From Camelus dromedarius (lineage: Eukaryota): a DNA stretch of 64,000 bases. The notes under the pieces were generated by a model that saw only the letters and a program-made list of their open reading frames with translations, ran no database searches and was not told the origin of the DNA. The stretch lies in assembly GCF_036321535.1 (NCBI RefSeq), contig NC_087436.1, positions 103,728,001 to 103,792,000 of the forward strand, given 5' to 3'. Below, in pieces: positions 36,660 through 49,421 of this stretch; positions within the stretch are counted from its first letter, which is position 1, and every line of letters starts with the position of its first letter. The position numbers were made by a program, and so were the translations under genes.

Positions 36660-37000
36660 GCATCTGTCAGGGATTGGTTCTAAGACACCCTGTGGACACC
36701 AAAATGTATCTGCAGATGCTTAAGTCCCTTATATCAAATGGCATAGTATTTGCATATACCCGACTCACATCCTCCCATACATTTTAAATCAACTCCAGAT
36801 TATTTATAATACCTAATACAATGTAAATGTTATGTAAATAATTGTAAATAAAATGTAAATGATATGTAAATAGTTGCCAGCATACAGTGAATTCAAGTTT
36901 TTGTTTTTTTGAACTTTCTGGAATTTTTTTCCTGAATATCTTTGATCCGAGGTTGGTTGAATCTGCAGATGCAAAACCCATGGATATGGAAGGCCGACCA
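36660..37000 (+). mobile_element. MER2/MER2B TcMar-Tigger DNA transposon
   Basis: GGGATTGGTTC…AAGTCCCTTATATCAAATGGCATAGTATTTGCATAT…ATAATACCTAATACAATGTAAATG…TTGGTTGAATCTGCAGATGCAAAACCCATGGATATGGAAGGCCGAC. Confidence 0.9.
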
Positions 37001-37579
37001 CACTCTCCATCGGCAGCAAATGGTCTGCCTGTGATGGTTGGGTTTCCTGGGCACTCCGTGGTGCTCTGCTAGGCCCTTCCTATTATTTACTTTGTACCAC
37101 TTCTCCACCTGGTCTTCACCACCTTCCCCCATTAACTCATCTTCCTCCCACTTCCCCTCCACTAAGGTCACCCAGCCATCCTGTTCTCTTTCATGCATGC
37201 GCCTGCCTTTAGTGAGGTGGGGAGAGGGGCAGCCTGACTTTCTAGGTCTTACTCTAACCTCTCTCCAGTTTTCTGGTTATGGTCCTGCTTTCTTAGGACC
37301 CACTTTCCTTTCAAGTTCAGAAAAGCAAACTTGACTGTTTCTTATAGTTCCTAAAAGCAATGTGGATACCTCTGATTAACAGGGTGAGGTGGGGAAGTGG
37401 GGGCGATCATCAAGAGAAAGTCGGGATAAAAGAAGCATAGACATTAATACTTTGAAATATTATCTGGTTTCACCCAATATTGGTATTTAACTGAAGAAAG
37501 ACTTCACTAAGTATTGGCTTTTAACACTTGAAGAAAAGCAAAAGACTATGGATGGACGGCGCTAGATGCCAGAGAATCC

Positions 37580-37686
37580 CCTACCTCATAGGGCTGTTAA
37601 AACATTAAGAAAATATATGTAAAGTGCTATACACAGTACCTGGCACCTAGTAAGTGCTTGGTAAATGTGAGCTCTGTTATTATTAT
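37580..37686 (+). mobile_element. MIR 3' part
   Basis: CCTACCTCATAGGGCTGTT…TGTAAAGTGCT…CAGTACCTGGCACCTAGTAAGTGCT. Confidence 0.8.
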
Positions 37687-39029
37687 CAAGAAGGAAGAAA
37701 CTGAGTTGGAAGTAGCCTAGGAGAGGATAAAAACACGGTAAAACCCCACCACCGCTCAAGCTTAAGGAGAGCCAGCAAGACCAGCCCGCCATCTTGGCTT
37801 CTCCTCCCTCCCTGATTCTCTGACACACCTTTTCTCTGTTGGCAGTTAGGAAGCTTCATCCTACTCACCTGCCCCAAGAAAGCCCACTTCATCAGCACTC
37901 AAACTCTGAGCTAATTTTTGGCCTATTCTTTGAAAATTTCCAGCAAGGATTTTACTGTTCCTGTAATTATATCAAAACATTCTTACAAAAATTCAATACC
38001 AGCCTGATACTGTGACAGATAATACTCTTACAGAGTGGCACTATTACGTCTCCAGTGACAGGAAGCTGAGTGAAGTGGTCCCCTCCAAGCCACAACAGAG
38101 ACCCTCTGACAACAGGTAAATACTACAAACTATTCATTAGAACCAGAATATCACACATCATCCCCACAGGGAAAGCCAGTTAAAATCATAAATGTCAAGA
38201 CATAATTAGCTTAAAGGTCAGGTTTAATTACAGTTGTTGAAACTGAAATACACTAATTATTGAAACCATGTCAGAAAATTATTTTAATGGTTTAGAATGT
38301 TTTGTTGGTGCCTTTGTTTCTACAGAAGGATGGTTCTGGTCGCTTGATGAAAAGAAAAAAAAAAGATGACGGGCATTTGCTTCCCTGGATGGATGGAAGC
38401 AGAGAACAAAACAGATGATGAAGCTGATAAAAAAGCCCACAACCCCAAACAGCTCCACAGAGCAGTGGCTCCATGTTATTGTATTATTAATCATTTTCTT
38501 ATAATCAGTGCTTTAGATATAATTTTAATGAAGCTTCAAGGAAAGCTCAATGTATTACATTGGAACAACAAAGAAAGCACATTTATCACCAGATTCATAG
38601 GTTTAATGGCAAAACAAATCAATAAATAAACAACTAGTGAGAAAATAACTCAGTAACTGTGCAAAGTTGTCTTACCTATAGGATTTCTAATATTTCTACT
38701 GGGAATATTTATTGACTGACCTAAGTATTTTTGTTGAGTTTTTTTTTTTTTATCATCTTTTTCCTTTGGGTTTCCAAAGATAAGATCGTTTGAACAATCT
38801 TTCATTTAATTTTGTTTTGCTTTGTCTCTTGTTTAGTTTAAATGAAAAAAAAGGATAATACCTCTCAAAGTTTGGCTCTGTTTGAGAAAGCAAATAAAGG
38901 GGAAAAATTCCACAAGAAATATAAGTGATAAGTAACCACAAGTTAGAGAGGCTCCTCGTAATTGGTAAGAAAAATCCTTTGGAAGATTGGGTCTGAATAC
39001 TGATATATCCCCATAGGGAAAAGGGAAGT

Positions 39030-39330
39030 TTTATGCAGTGCAGTTCTTGAATGGAGATTAGCACTCCTGAAGAGAACTAAAACATCAATTTCTGAAGGAA
39101 AAAAAATAGTTAAAATGTGGCAGGAATCTACAGAATGTGTTTTGTCAAAATGAAGAACAAAGGGCTAAGGAAACGGTGTTTTACTATATGAAAGACACAT
39201 TGAGGGAGACAGTTCTAGTTAAGAGAGGAGAAACTGCATGACACCAAAGCATTTAAAATAGCTCCAAAAGACCCACTTGTGACAAAGCTAGAGCTGAGCA
39301 ATTCTCCAGGAAGCCATAGACAGTGCTGGG
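39030..39330 (+). mobile_element. Possible L3/CR1 3' fragment
   Basis: ATGAAGAACAAAGGGCTAAGGAAACGGTGTTTTAC…TGAGGGAGACA weakly resembles the CR1 ORF2 end (YEERLKELG..FSL). Confidence 0.3.
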
Positions 39331-40344
39331 AGAGTCTGATCTCCGCTCTAGTTCAATAATGAAAAAAGAAAATGACATTTAATTAAGAGTTGCCTGCCTT
39401 CCAGGTACTTATGACATTGAAATCAGTGTGGACATAAGGCATTAAAGCTGACATCAACATAGTTCACCCTAGAAGTCATTTACTCAAGATTTACAACTGA
39501 CTGTATGAGAAAAGTGAAAATTTATGAAAGGTTTCCATCTGGCAGGCTATATCATTAGTATTCACACTGATAGCAGCAATGATTTAAATTTCATAATCTA
39601 AGTGAAGATATGCATCAAAAAAATTCTCCTAAAATATGTCTAATAGCTCTAACTGACTGCTTTATTAGGGTCTGTCTATGAAAAAATAATGTCAGATATC
39701 AATGAAGAAGTCATCAAATGTTAATTTCAGTCTATTCCACTAATATTCATAATAAAGTGGCATCGTTGTGGCTGAAACCCTGAAACCCCCATCCAAACTC
39801 TCTGAAAGAGACACAATAAGCTAACTACCTTTTATTGCTTTAAGAAATAAAAACTGATTGCCTTGTTTGATCTGGTTATAGCAAACATTTCAAGTCATAA
39901 CAATGATTATTTATTAAATATTAATGGCTCTTTTGGAGGATGGGTGGGGAGGAAAAAATGCAACCTTTGGCGTGTGTTGTTCTGGGCGTATGAATAAATC
40001 CTGTTAACAGAGAGGAGGAAATAAGTATAAATCTCCTCCTGCAGGATAAGCACTGTGCCATCCATTTTTCTGAATTAAAGCACACTGTCACTGCAAAATG
40101 CCCTCATGTTGTCAGAACAGGACTGTGTAAAAAGATAAACACTTGATATCCTCTCTCAAAACTATAGATAGAGAAATGTTTAAAACAAACAAAAAAAATG
40201 TGGTTTACATAGCAGAAGACAAACTTAAAGAACCCTCCTATAATAGTGGGTACAGATTAAAAATAAGTTTAACATTAAAAGACGTTAACATAATTCCCGT
40301 TGTTTCATGTAAGAATCTGCAGAAATGAAGAAAAGAGCAAGAGT

Positions 40345-40520
40345 TCCAGAGTCACAAGGCAGGCTGGCATTAAATTTAGTTCCACCACATTTTAGCTCTG
40401 TGACCTTAAGTAAGCTACTTATCATCTCTGGTCTTCTGTATCCCCATCTGGAAAATAATGCTTAGCTCATCGGGTTGTTGGACTATAGGTAGATGTTATA
40501 TAAGAAGTTCCCAAAGCAAC
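40345..40520 (+). mobile_element. MIR SINE
   Basis: TAGCTCTGTGACCTTAAGTAAGCTACTTATCATCTCTG…CCCCATCTGGAAAAT. Confidence 0.75.
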
Positions 40521-40561
40521 AGTTCACAAAGCAGTGTCAGCTATGCCAAGCTTATCAGAGC

Positions 40562-40915
40562 TGTAAAAATTTAGTAAACAGAAACCTTAATTAAATAGAG
40601 TTCGGAGACCAGAAGGGTGAGCCCTCATATCCTGCAACAGCAAAGCCCAACAGGAAAAAGGAAGATGCCTTTTCTTTCCTGGCAAGGACACAGTCAGTGA
40701 AAAGCCACAGACTGTTTGTTTACTAGTGCCCTCCCAATTTCCTTTTCCCCTCTATAAAAGCAGTCTCTTTCCCTGGCCATTGGTTGGGGGGTGGGGGTGG
40801 TTCTTGCACGTGGCTAGCCATGGTTGCAGACCCCAAATTACAATTCTCTGATAATCACCAATAAACCAATTTTTGCTGGAAAAATATCTGGCTGTCTATT
40901 AGTTTCAAGGTGACA
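40562..40915 (+). mobile_element. ERV1-class solo LTR (MER34/MER39-like lineage)
   Basis: TG…CA termini (TGTAAAAATT…AGGTGACA), CTCTATAAAAG ~40751 and AATAAA ~40860. The TSD is not preserved. Confidence 0.75.
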
Positions 40916-41399
40916 TGGCTCTCCATGGAACTGAAAATATGATATGCTCTGTGGCGCTCCTAGACCCTTCCAACCCCAGAAGTGAGCTGCAGGAGTTGAA
41001 AGGATAACGTAGGAGAGTCGCTGTTGGTTATCTATCCAATCACCTCTCCTCCCTCCTCCTTGCTAAAGACATGTTAGTTGCAACCAGATACGACAGGTAA
41101 ATATACCTAGGGAAACTTTGTTGCTCTCTTTCCCTTTTTCACAGTTTGGTCACCCAGCTCCAAGGTAGGCATCGCTTCTGGTTCAGAGCTGTTGCTACTG
41201 TTGCCATTATAAGGAGAATGAACTTTGTGCTTGAAGCAACACAGCATGATCAGGTAGATAAAGCTGCCATTCCAGCACTTCTCAGCCAGGTAACTCAAGT
41301 TTTGAAGTCACCTTCAGAGGTCTTCTCTCAATATCATGTAAATATCCCCTCAAAACATGAGGGGATAACCATGATTGGTTTTATTTGGGGCATATATGG

Positions 41400-41775
41400 T
41401 CATAATTAGTGCTATTTGCCAAATATTTATGTTTCTCTGCCCTACATGCACAAGGTAGTCTTGTACTTCCTAGCTTTTTTTGTGTTTGGATGGAATCATG
41501 GAATCTATAATTAATAGATCAGGAATACAAATAACATTGGGATTTAACGGCTTAAAGAAGTCCTCTCTTTTCTCTCTGGCACAGTAACCAGTTATTTTAA
41601 GATGGTGGCTGCTTACTCATCCTGAGTCTCTGAACGATGGTATAGAAAGAGACCCCAGCCAATCCACAACAGACATGGAGCATGAGCAACAAACAAACTT
41701 TTGTCATGGCAGTCCCTGAGATGCTGGAGTTGCTTCTTTCCATAGCAGACCCTGAACTGCCCTGACTCATGCAAC
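41400..41775 (+). mobile_element. MaLR LTR fragments, MLT1I/J-like
   Basis: AAGATGGTGGCTGCT…CCTGAGTCTCTGA…CCCCAGCCAATCCACAACAGACAT…CCCTGAGAT…CCTGACTCATGCA. Confidence 0.6.
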
Positions 41776-43979
41776 AGAGACTTCCTCCTGGGACCTGATG
41801 GAATGAAGGAGAAATGGAAAGAGAAAGATGCACAAAGAAAAGACCTCATTCTTCCCCTTTTTGTGCAATTGTATAAGCACTCAATTCTACTGGAGGTGGG
41901 GAGGGAGTATCAAAGCAGACTTCTTAGATGAAGGAAGGCTTGAAATGAATTGTGATCTTAAAATATTTGAGGAGTTTACCAAATTGATTGGGAGGGGTGA
42001 AAATGTTTCAGAAAGAGAAAGCAGATTGAATAAATAGATGGTGGGAGTGGTACTCTTAAAGATTTGTCTACAGAGATAAAATTATCAGGAAAATCCTTAC
42101 ATAGTCTTTATGGAATTTGGAATTTATTCAATGAGACAGAATTTTCTACTGTTAAACTTATGACAATTGATGATGAAATAAACCATCTTTGGATACATAT
42201 CCATGGACAATCCCAGAATTTGTGTGACATCATCACAATCACTGCTGGAGTTTACCACATAATAGACCCCATGACACAGAAAAAGATTACACACAGTCTC
42301 ATCTCTTTCTGTTGCATTCAGGAAAGAATATTGGAGTTCAAAATTGCAAAATTCCTATTAGAAAAAGTAAATCACTACTGATCTTTGATACTTTAACTCA
42401 ATTAGTAGCAGACATTCAGTTCACACTTCACAAATTACCCTAATGCACCAATAGGTCCTTACAAAGAACTTCTACTGTAAGTCATGTGAGCCATCAAAGA
42501 ATTTTAAGCAGAGGAGTAATGGAACTGGAGAGGCATATTTTAGAAAAATTGTTCTAGAAACACGGGATGGATGGATGGAATGAATGAGGCAAGATGATGG
42601 CTAGGACCTCATTTAAGAGATAGTAGCAGTCATAAGCTGTTACAGCTTCCAAAGAAAGACAAAAAGGGCATATGCACACATGCCAAATTTTAAGAGAGAG
42701 AAAATTTGTCTTTCTTGGTATCTGTGCTTCATTGAAAACTCTCTTCAAAAAACTATTGTTTTTTTTTTTCTCCCAGTAATCTCTCAGTTATGGTACTTAT
42801 CTATTTGATTCTACCTTTTGTCTCTTGTTTCTCTCTCTCTTTTCTCTCACTATTGTGTCATCCCACTCTTGGGAGAACTTGTAAGTGTGTTTTAGGACCT
42901 TGGACAGCATGCAGTTGGTAGAAAGACATGGTTTCCGCTTTCCCTAGAAAACTGAGAGATAACAGTCCCTGTCATGATAATGGGGGTCTGAACAGAGACA
43001 ACAGCAATGAAAGGAAGAGGAAAGATAGAACTAGTGGATGATAAGCTACAGAATGTGGTACATCTTGTGTATTGTCAGTGGAACCCACTTTTCTGCTTGA
43101 ACAGCCAGGTTTCTAAAATGCTGTCGGTACTCAACAAATATTCACTGAATAAATAAATAAGTGTGAGAAACAAAATGTAAAACACTGAATATACGTTGGG
43201 ATGAATCAAGATGGGTCAACAATGACTCCTGTTCGAAAAGATTTTCTATCGTTGCCATTAACCTGAAATCTTAAGAATGGATAGAAAACATCCCCTCTGT
43301 TTCACTCATTCATAGGAGTCATTTCTAAACTGACCACTATAATTTTTCACTGTCAAACCTAAACACACCATCAGAAGCCTTCAGAAGACAACACTCCATA
43401 AGGTCACTGCCAACTGATCCAAACTGGCAAGGGAACTGGAAACCAGTTGCCTATTTCTCAGCCTTACTAATATATTTAATGAGTTTAAAACAAAGCAAGC
43501 AGAAAACTGAAAAACAAAGAACTACATTTTGTGTTTTTTTCCGGTGCTTCTTTTAATTATACTTCTTGGGCTTCTTTCCTAATGAAGGAAAACTAGAGCA
43601 TTTGAGATCAGCAGATGCTTGCTGACAAGTCTTCAGTCTCAAGAGGAGTAAGAATGAAGAGTGGGCCTATGTGGGTTGAAAAAACAAGATGGAAAGGACA
43701 GAGAGTGAGTGGGTTGACCTATGCAAAGTGCTTATTTTGAGAGAAAAAGAAGAAATTTGTTCTATTTATTTTAACATAAAATCTGTGAAGATGCCTCCTA
43801 CACAGATTGTTTCAGTATAAGCCCTCTAAGACAAATAAAGGTTATGAAAACCACATCGGACTGGAAATCAAGAACTGGGACATTTAACCCTGTCCTTACA
43901 ATGAATTCATACAGTAACCAGAGACAGCAACTAGCCTTCAATTTCCCTAATAGTAAACAAGGGGTCTCACTTTCTTTCC

Positions 43980-44245
43980 ATAATGATAACAATCACTTAT
44001 TGAATATCTTAACACATGTACTAGACATTCTAAGCATTTTGCCTATATTATCAAAGCCAGGAGTGTATCTCCCTTAGAATCAGGAATGGTGAAAAGTCAT
44101 CCCCCTTTTACATTATTTGTATATTATCCCCGCTTGGTACATGACAGAAACCAAGACTCAGAAAGGTTAAAGAACGCATGCTCACATCATATAAAAAACA
44201 GTCTGTCTGGTCCCAAGGCTAATCAGAGTAACCACTATGTTATAC
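43980..44245 (-). mobile_element. MIR SINE
   Basis: ACTTATTGAATATCTTAAC…TTCTAAGCATTT…ATTATCCCC…GAAACCAAGACTCAGAAAGGTTAA. Confidence 0.65.
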
Positions 44246-46375
44246 AGAAACCACTAAATGTCATTTTTCACATTACGGCCAGGCAGTTAGTTGGCCTAAG
44301 ACTGAGACTTCAGAACACAGTACAATCCCCATGTGTCATGGTAACACTTCTGTTTAGGAACATAACACTGACAAGACTGAAAATGAACACCATTCAGCAG
44401 ACACAACCTGCCTAATGATTACCAGCGTCCTGCTACGTCTAACTGACATTGGTGTATAAAGCACTTTATGAGGTCTTTATTGACTTGTTAATGTCACTCC
44501 CAGTGCTAACGGAGTAGCACATTATCAACAATGGAACTGTGAAAATCTGTATCCAATTGCAATCACTAGGACTAACTCAGAAACATACAGTTAACCTGGG
44601 CTGCCTGCCAGCAGATAAATGAAGAACTTTGGCTGCTTCACCTTCTTGGGACAATGACACAGATACGGCAATGCTCTGGTGAGCAGACTGGCTTTCTTTT
44701 TCAAGAAGGACACACCCCCTTAGCATTCACAACCGCTAGATGAGTTCACATTGTTGCCAGGCAAGAAATAGGACATGTGCTCTCTCAATATTTGGCACCT
44801 CAGAACTATGTGCCAAAGAAAAAAAAAGCTAGTGAAATTATTTTGAAGGATGAAAGATATAAGTGCCATTATGAACCCTTCTCCAATGGTAAATAACCAA
44901 CCTTTTATTGGGTGGATGTAATTAGAGACAGATTTCCATGCAGCTTGGATACAGCTGTTTCCATCTCCCTGGCATCAGGCTGTTGCTGGATCATTCTGCG
45001 GCCACCGGCAATTTAGCTAATCAGTTCCACCTTGGTGCACCCAGCTGACCTCCTTCTTCACTGAGATGATGGACCTGCCTATTAAGACTGCTCAGAATTC
45101 CAAAACAAGGTCCCCAAATCTCAAAGGCACCTTGAAATACGCACCTCCAAGGGGACACCTATCAGATTTTATCGTATAATAGTGTTTGTCCTGAGTGTGT
45201 TTGTGTTTTAGGAGGCCCTTGGGAAAAAATTCCTACCATCAGCCTGGTGCCTCTCTGTCACTGCCAGGTATAGATTTTTGCTTCTTCTGGAGATCAGGAA
45301 GAATTAAAGGACAATTTCTATTGTCCATTTTTCTGAAGGAAGATGTGCAGAGGCCTCTGTGTATCATTAAGAGATAGAGTGTCTGCAGCAGAGATATGTG
45401 TAGATGCTCAAGATTCTTTGTTTTTAAACTGTGATTGCTTGCTTCCTATGGGCTTATAAAAGTAGAGAAAAGCTTGTTGCTCAATGTCCTAAAGATGATA
45501 ATATAAGATAGTGACTGGATGTCAGGATAAACACAAAGTTTCTGTGTCTTGAGTGAAGCAGTAAAGGGAGTAAGAGCATCTCTGGTCTTAGATAAGTCAC
45601 CAGGTACCTCTACATGGACTTGGTTACAAGCTTCAGACCAACCCCATAAGCACCCAACTTAACAGCAGGAAAGCCTTAGCAACTCCTGGACCCAATACTC
45701 TTTAGACGGAAGAAGTCTCAGTTTCTGTACTGGTCAGGAAATTATACAAATAGTACTTACATTTGTTGGGAAACAAAGGGAAGGAAAACCCTTAGACCAG
45801 TCTTTGTCTTTTGGTGTTCTGCAATTTTAGTCTCCTTGTCATTGGTAGGAATCAAGTGCTTTCTGGTCAAGAGAAGAGAGGTACCACCAATTTGCACAGA
45901 GTCTAAAATGATCTATTTCCACCCTAGATTGTGAGCAGCTAGAGGACAGGAACAACTGTTAGTCTGGTCATAGTCTTTTCCTCACAATGCTGAACACAGA
46001 ACTGTTCCTCAAGGTTACTCTACAAATGTTTATTGGATTGAGTTAGAGTAGACATAATACACTAAATGTCCCTTTTCTCAGCTTGTAACTGAAGAGAGGA
46101 ACACTATTTTATTAAAGTTCTAAATGTAGCTCTGTCTTTGTTTTCAAGGCAACTGCAAATAGAACGACTTTTTCATTCTGTTGATACTTGAGTCCTAAAC
46201 ACAAGGAAACTGAATATATCATTGTCTACAGGGAAGGAGTCCAGCAAACAGTCACTGAACAGCAATCTCAAGAGGTTAACTGGTTAACCTTCAAGCCACT
46301 GATGGTTACCAAGACCCTTCCTCTTTCCCTTAGTTCAAAAAAGGCATTGTATTTAGATAAAATCGAATTCTTTAC

Positions 46376-46870
46376 TATATTACATACTATTGCTACACAG
46401 CAAATGTCCTCAAATCTAGCAGCTTAAAGCAACAATTTATTATCTTACAGTTTCTAAGGGTCAGGAATCTGGAAGTGGTTTGTTCAGTGGTTCCCGCACA
46501 GGGTAACCTAATGAGGTTTCAGTTAAGCTGTTGGCTGGAGCTGCAGTGATCTGATGGCTTGACTGGGACTGGAAGACCCACTTCCATGCTTATTCATGTG
46601 GCTGTTGACAGGAAGCTACATTTTCTTACCACGTGAGCCTCTTCATAAGATTGTTCACAGGGTGGCAGCTGGTTTCTCTCAGAGCAGGTGATCCAAGAAA
46701 GAGAGAATTAAAAAAGAAAGAACTCATGTATTATTCATAACCTAGTCTCAGATGTCATATGCCATTACTTCTGTCATATTCTGCTGGCCACACAGACCAC
46801 CCCTAGTACAATGTGTGAAAGGACCATAGAAGAGTACCACTGGGGGCCATCTGGGATGCTGGCTTCCACA
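46376..46870 (-). mobile_element. MaLR LTR, MLT1F-like
   Basis: TAGCAGCTTAAAGCAACAATTTATTATCTTACAGTTTCT…GGTCAGGAATCTGG…GGCTTGACTGGGACTGGAAG…GGGGCCATCTGGGATGCTGGCTTCCACA. Confidence 0.85.
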
Positions 46871-47355
46871 CTTACCAAGACCCATAATGTCCAATGTAAT
46901 CTCCTCTCTGCCTGTCTCTCCAAATTCACCTCATGCCATTCTCCCCCATTCACCCATGCAAACTATGTTCCAGTAACATGGTCTTTTGACAGTTCCTACA
47001 CAGTTCCCCCAAATATTTCCTTATTCTGTTCCTTTTTATGTCTTCTTTCCTATGCCTGGAATGTTTCTCATCAGTTCTCCAAGTAGTTAAATCTTTCTGA
47101 TCAGCTTAAACATCACTTTATCAGATACATCTTTCCAAATCATCTACTTTAAAGAATCTCCTCCATTATGTGATACCCTATTCTCTATTTCTTTCATAGC
47201 ACATTTGGACTTACTTTTATTCATGTATCTACTTGCTTATTGCCTTTTTCTAAATATCATAAGCATCATGAAGTCAGAGCCCCTGTCTGTCATGCTCACA
47301 GTTGCATCTCCAGTGCCTGGTACAAAACTGGTGCCTGATAAACGTTTGTAGCCTG
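46871..47355 (+). mobile_element. L2 3' fragment
   Basis: TGCCTGGAATGTTTCTC…TCAGCTTAAACATCAC…TTTCTTTCATAGCAC…TGCATCTCCAGTGCCTGG. Confidence 0.75.
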
Positions 47356-49421
47356 AAGAAAAAAGTTACAGCCAACAGCTTTTCCCAGTCAGCATCTTGT
47401 ACTCTAGCCACCCAGACCCACACCTGCACATTGGGCCAGAGGACGTTTTCCTAAGTCAAGCATTAGAGCAAACCCGAGGACACCTATCCCATTCCATATT
47501 CCTCCATCTCATGGCCCAGATTCCTCTAAACAGTCACAGACAATGGGGTCCAAACTGGTTTAATACCCTTAAAATTTCCTTCCTTGGGTGAGGCTTTAGG
47601 CTCTTCTTTGAAAGTCCCTAGAATGTCAACCCATAATCAACCCATAATCCAGGTGACTCAGCCTTTCTTTCTCTGCTGTACTCGTTTTCAACCAGTTGCC
47701 TCATACGCAGTTTTTTCTGCTCAGACCAGTATCTTCAGTTACCTGTTTTAGTGTATCCTGTCTGTATGGGCTGTCAAACTCAGCATCACGCAAGGATATG
47801 GAATTCCTGACCTCTCTCGGCTCCTCATTTTGCAGACTTGGGCCAAGCCTAGCTCCACACACACACTCAGCCAGAACCCCTAGACTCCCTGCTTGAGTCT
47901 CGCAATCAAGCACCAGCCTGAATTTGAGCAATATAAGAAGTTCAGGCAACTGCTTACTCCTCGTTTTCTTAGGGCCTCTTGTTCGCTAGAGATCCGGTTA
48001 TCATTCGAACACCCACGTATAAGGTTTTCAAATGCTGAAATTCTCTGAGTTTATTTTTCTTCCACTGGTTTTAGTTAGAACATAATTGCCGATCTTAATC
48101 AGGTGCAGTACATGCAGAAACACTTTATTGAATGTTCCAGGCCTTTAACCCTAATTCTGCTTTGCAAAGTGAAATCTGCCAGCAGATGCAGGTTCCAACC
48201 CAAACTCTAAATTTATCCTCAGTTTCCTGATCTGCAAAGTAGTAATATAGATGTTCTTAGATGTTTTCCAAAACCTCCTAAATTTTGATAAGTATAATAT
48301 ACAATTTCAAGGCACATGTAGCTTTTCCTAGTTTTTTTTGTTTGTTTGTTTGTTTGTTTGTTTGTTTTTTTAATCTCTGACCCTTTAGGCACTTCTGAAG
48401 CCAGATGCTAGTTCCCTCAGCAACATCAGGAGATCCACAGCCCCAGGTCCCCCCTCTGTGTGTGCTCCCTTGACCCACAGAGCCTCCCAGCTCTGCCTGG
48501 ATTTTTCATTCTCCTTTCCTCGGAGATGCCTTAGAAGCAGCTTCCTCAGAGGTGAACATGTCCCCACCCTGAGACTTGTACTGACCCCCAGAGACCTCTG
48601 TACAAGTCAGCAAGGCCAAGGTCACCCCCACTCCTTAGCACAGCTCGACTTTCTAATCAATTGAGACACAAATTCTGTCACATTCAGAGAAGACTGGAGG
48701 GTTTCTCTGTTAACTCTCAGATATTTTCAGAGACAGAAGGAAAGAAATGGAAAAAGAAGTAAGAAATCTAAACTCTTTAAACCTGAAGGCCAAGATATAG
48801 ATATCATGTCCCCTTTTAACTCATTGGTGGAAGACATCAGTTTATGCAAAATGTTTTAAATTCTCTTTCCTTTCACCGTCAATAAACGAGAACCCTAGTG
48901 TAAGTTTTGGACTCTCAGAATGAGAGCTAGAGTCACACCAGGACACGTTAAATACTTGTTGAATAAAAAAGCAAATCATAAAATCATATTCTGTGCACAC
49001 TGCATTCTGTGTTTCCAGCCACAGTACCTGAGCCTCCCCCGTTGTTCTCTGTTATACTTTGGGGAAACAGAGAGTCAAAAGAAGAGGCTATATTGTCTTT
49101 ACTGGGAAGCAAAATACCTTATCTTTTTGATAATTTTTAATTTAATAATGGTGCCTGAATCCCAGAGTCTTTTCATCTGTTTACACACACACACACACAC
49201 ACCCTAGAGAAACTTCCAGGAAAAAAAGTTCAGCTACCAATTATCATGACACATTCAAACACATCTACTTTCATCAGTAAATTCATTACTAAACAATGAC
49301 TGATAAGAAAAATATGATAATTTTAATCGTGCTTCCAGTACCCCCGGAAACTTTTCAAGTTTGTGAGAGTGATCAGAGATTGGTCCTCCTCAGTCGGAAT
49401 CCCATCTCTCCACAGTCTCTT

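Noticed and set aside
38034..38115. Exon candidate CTCTTACAG|…CAG|GTAAAT
   Set aside because: The sequence resembles a decayed antisense MIR core, the polypyrimidine tract is weak and the peptide is unrecognisable.
47626..47649. Tandem duplication TCAACCCATAA x2
   Set aside because: Ordinary slippage duplication.
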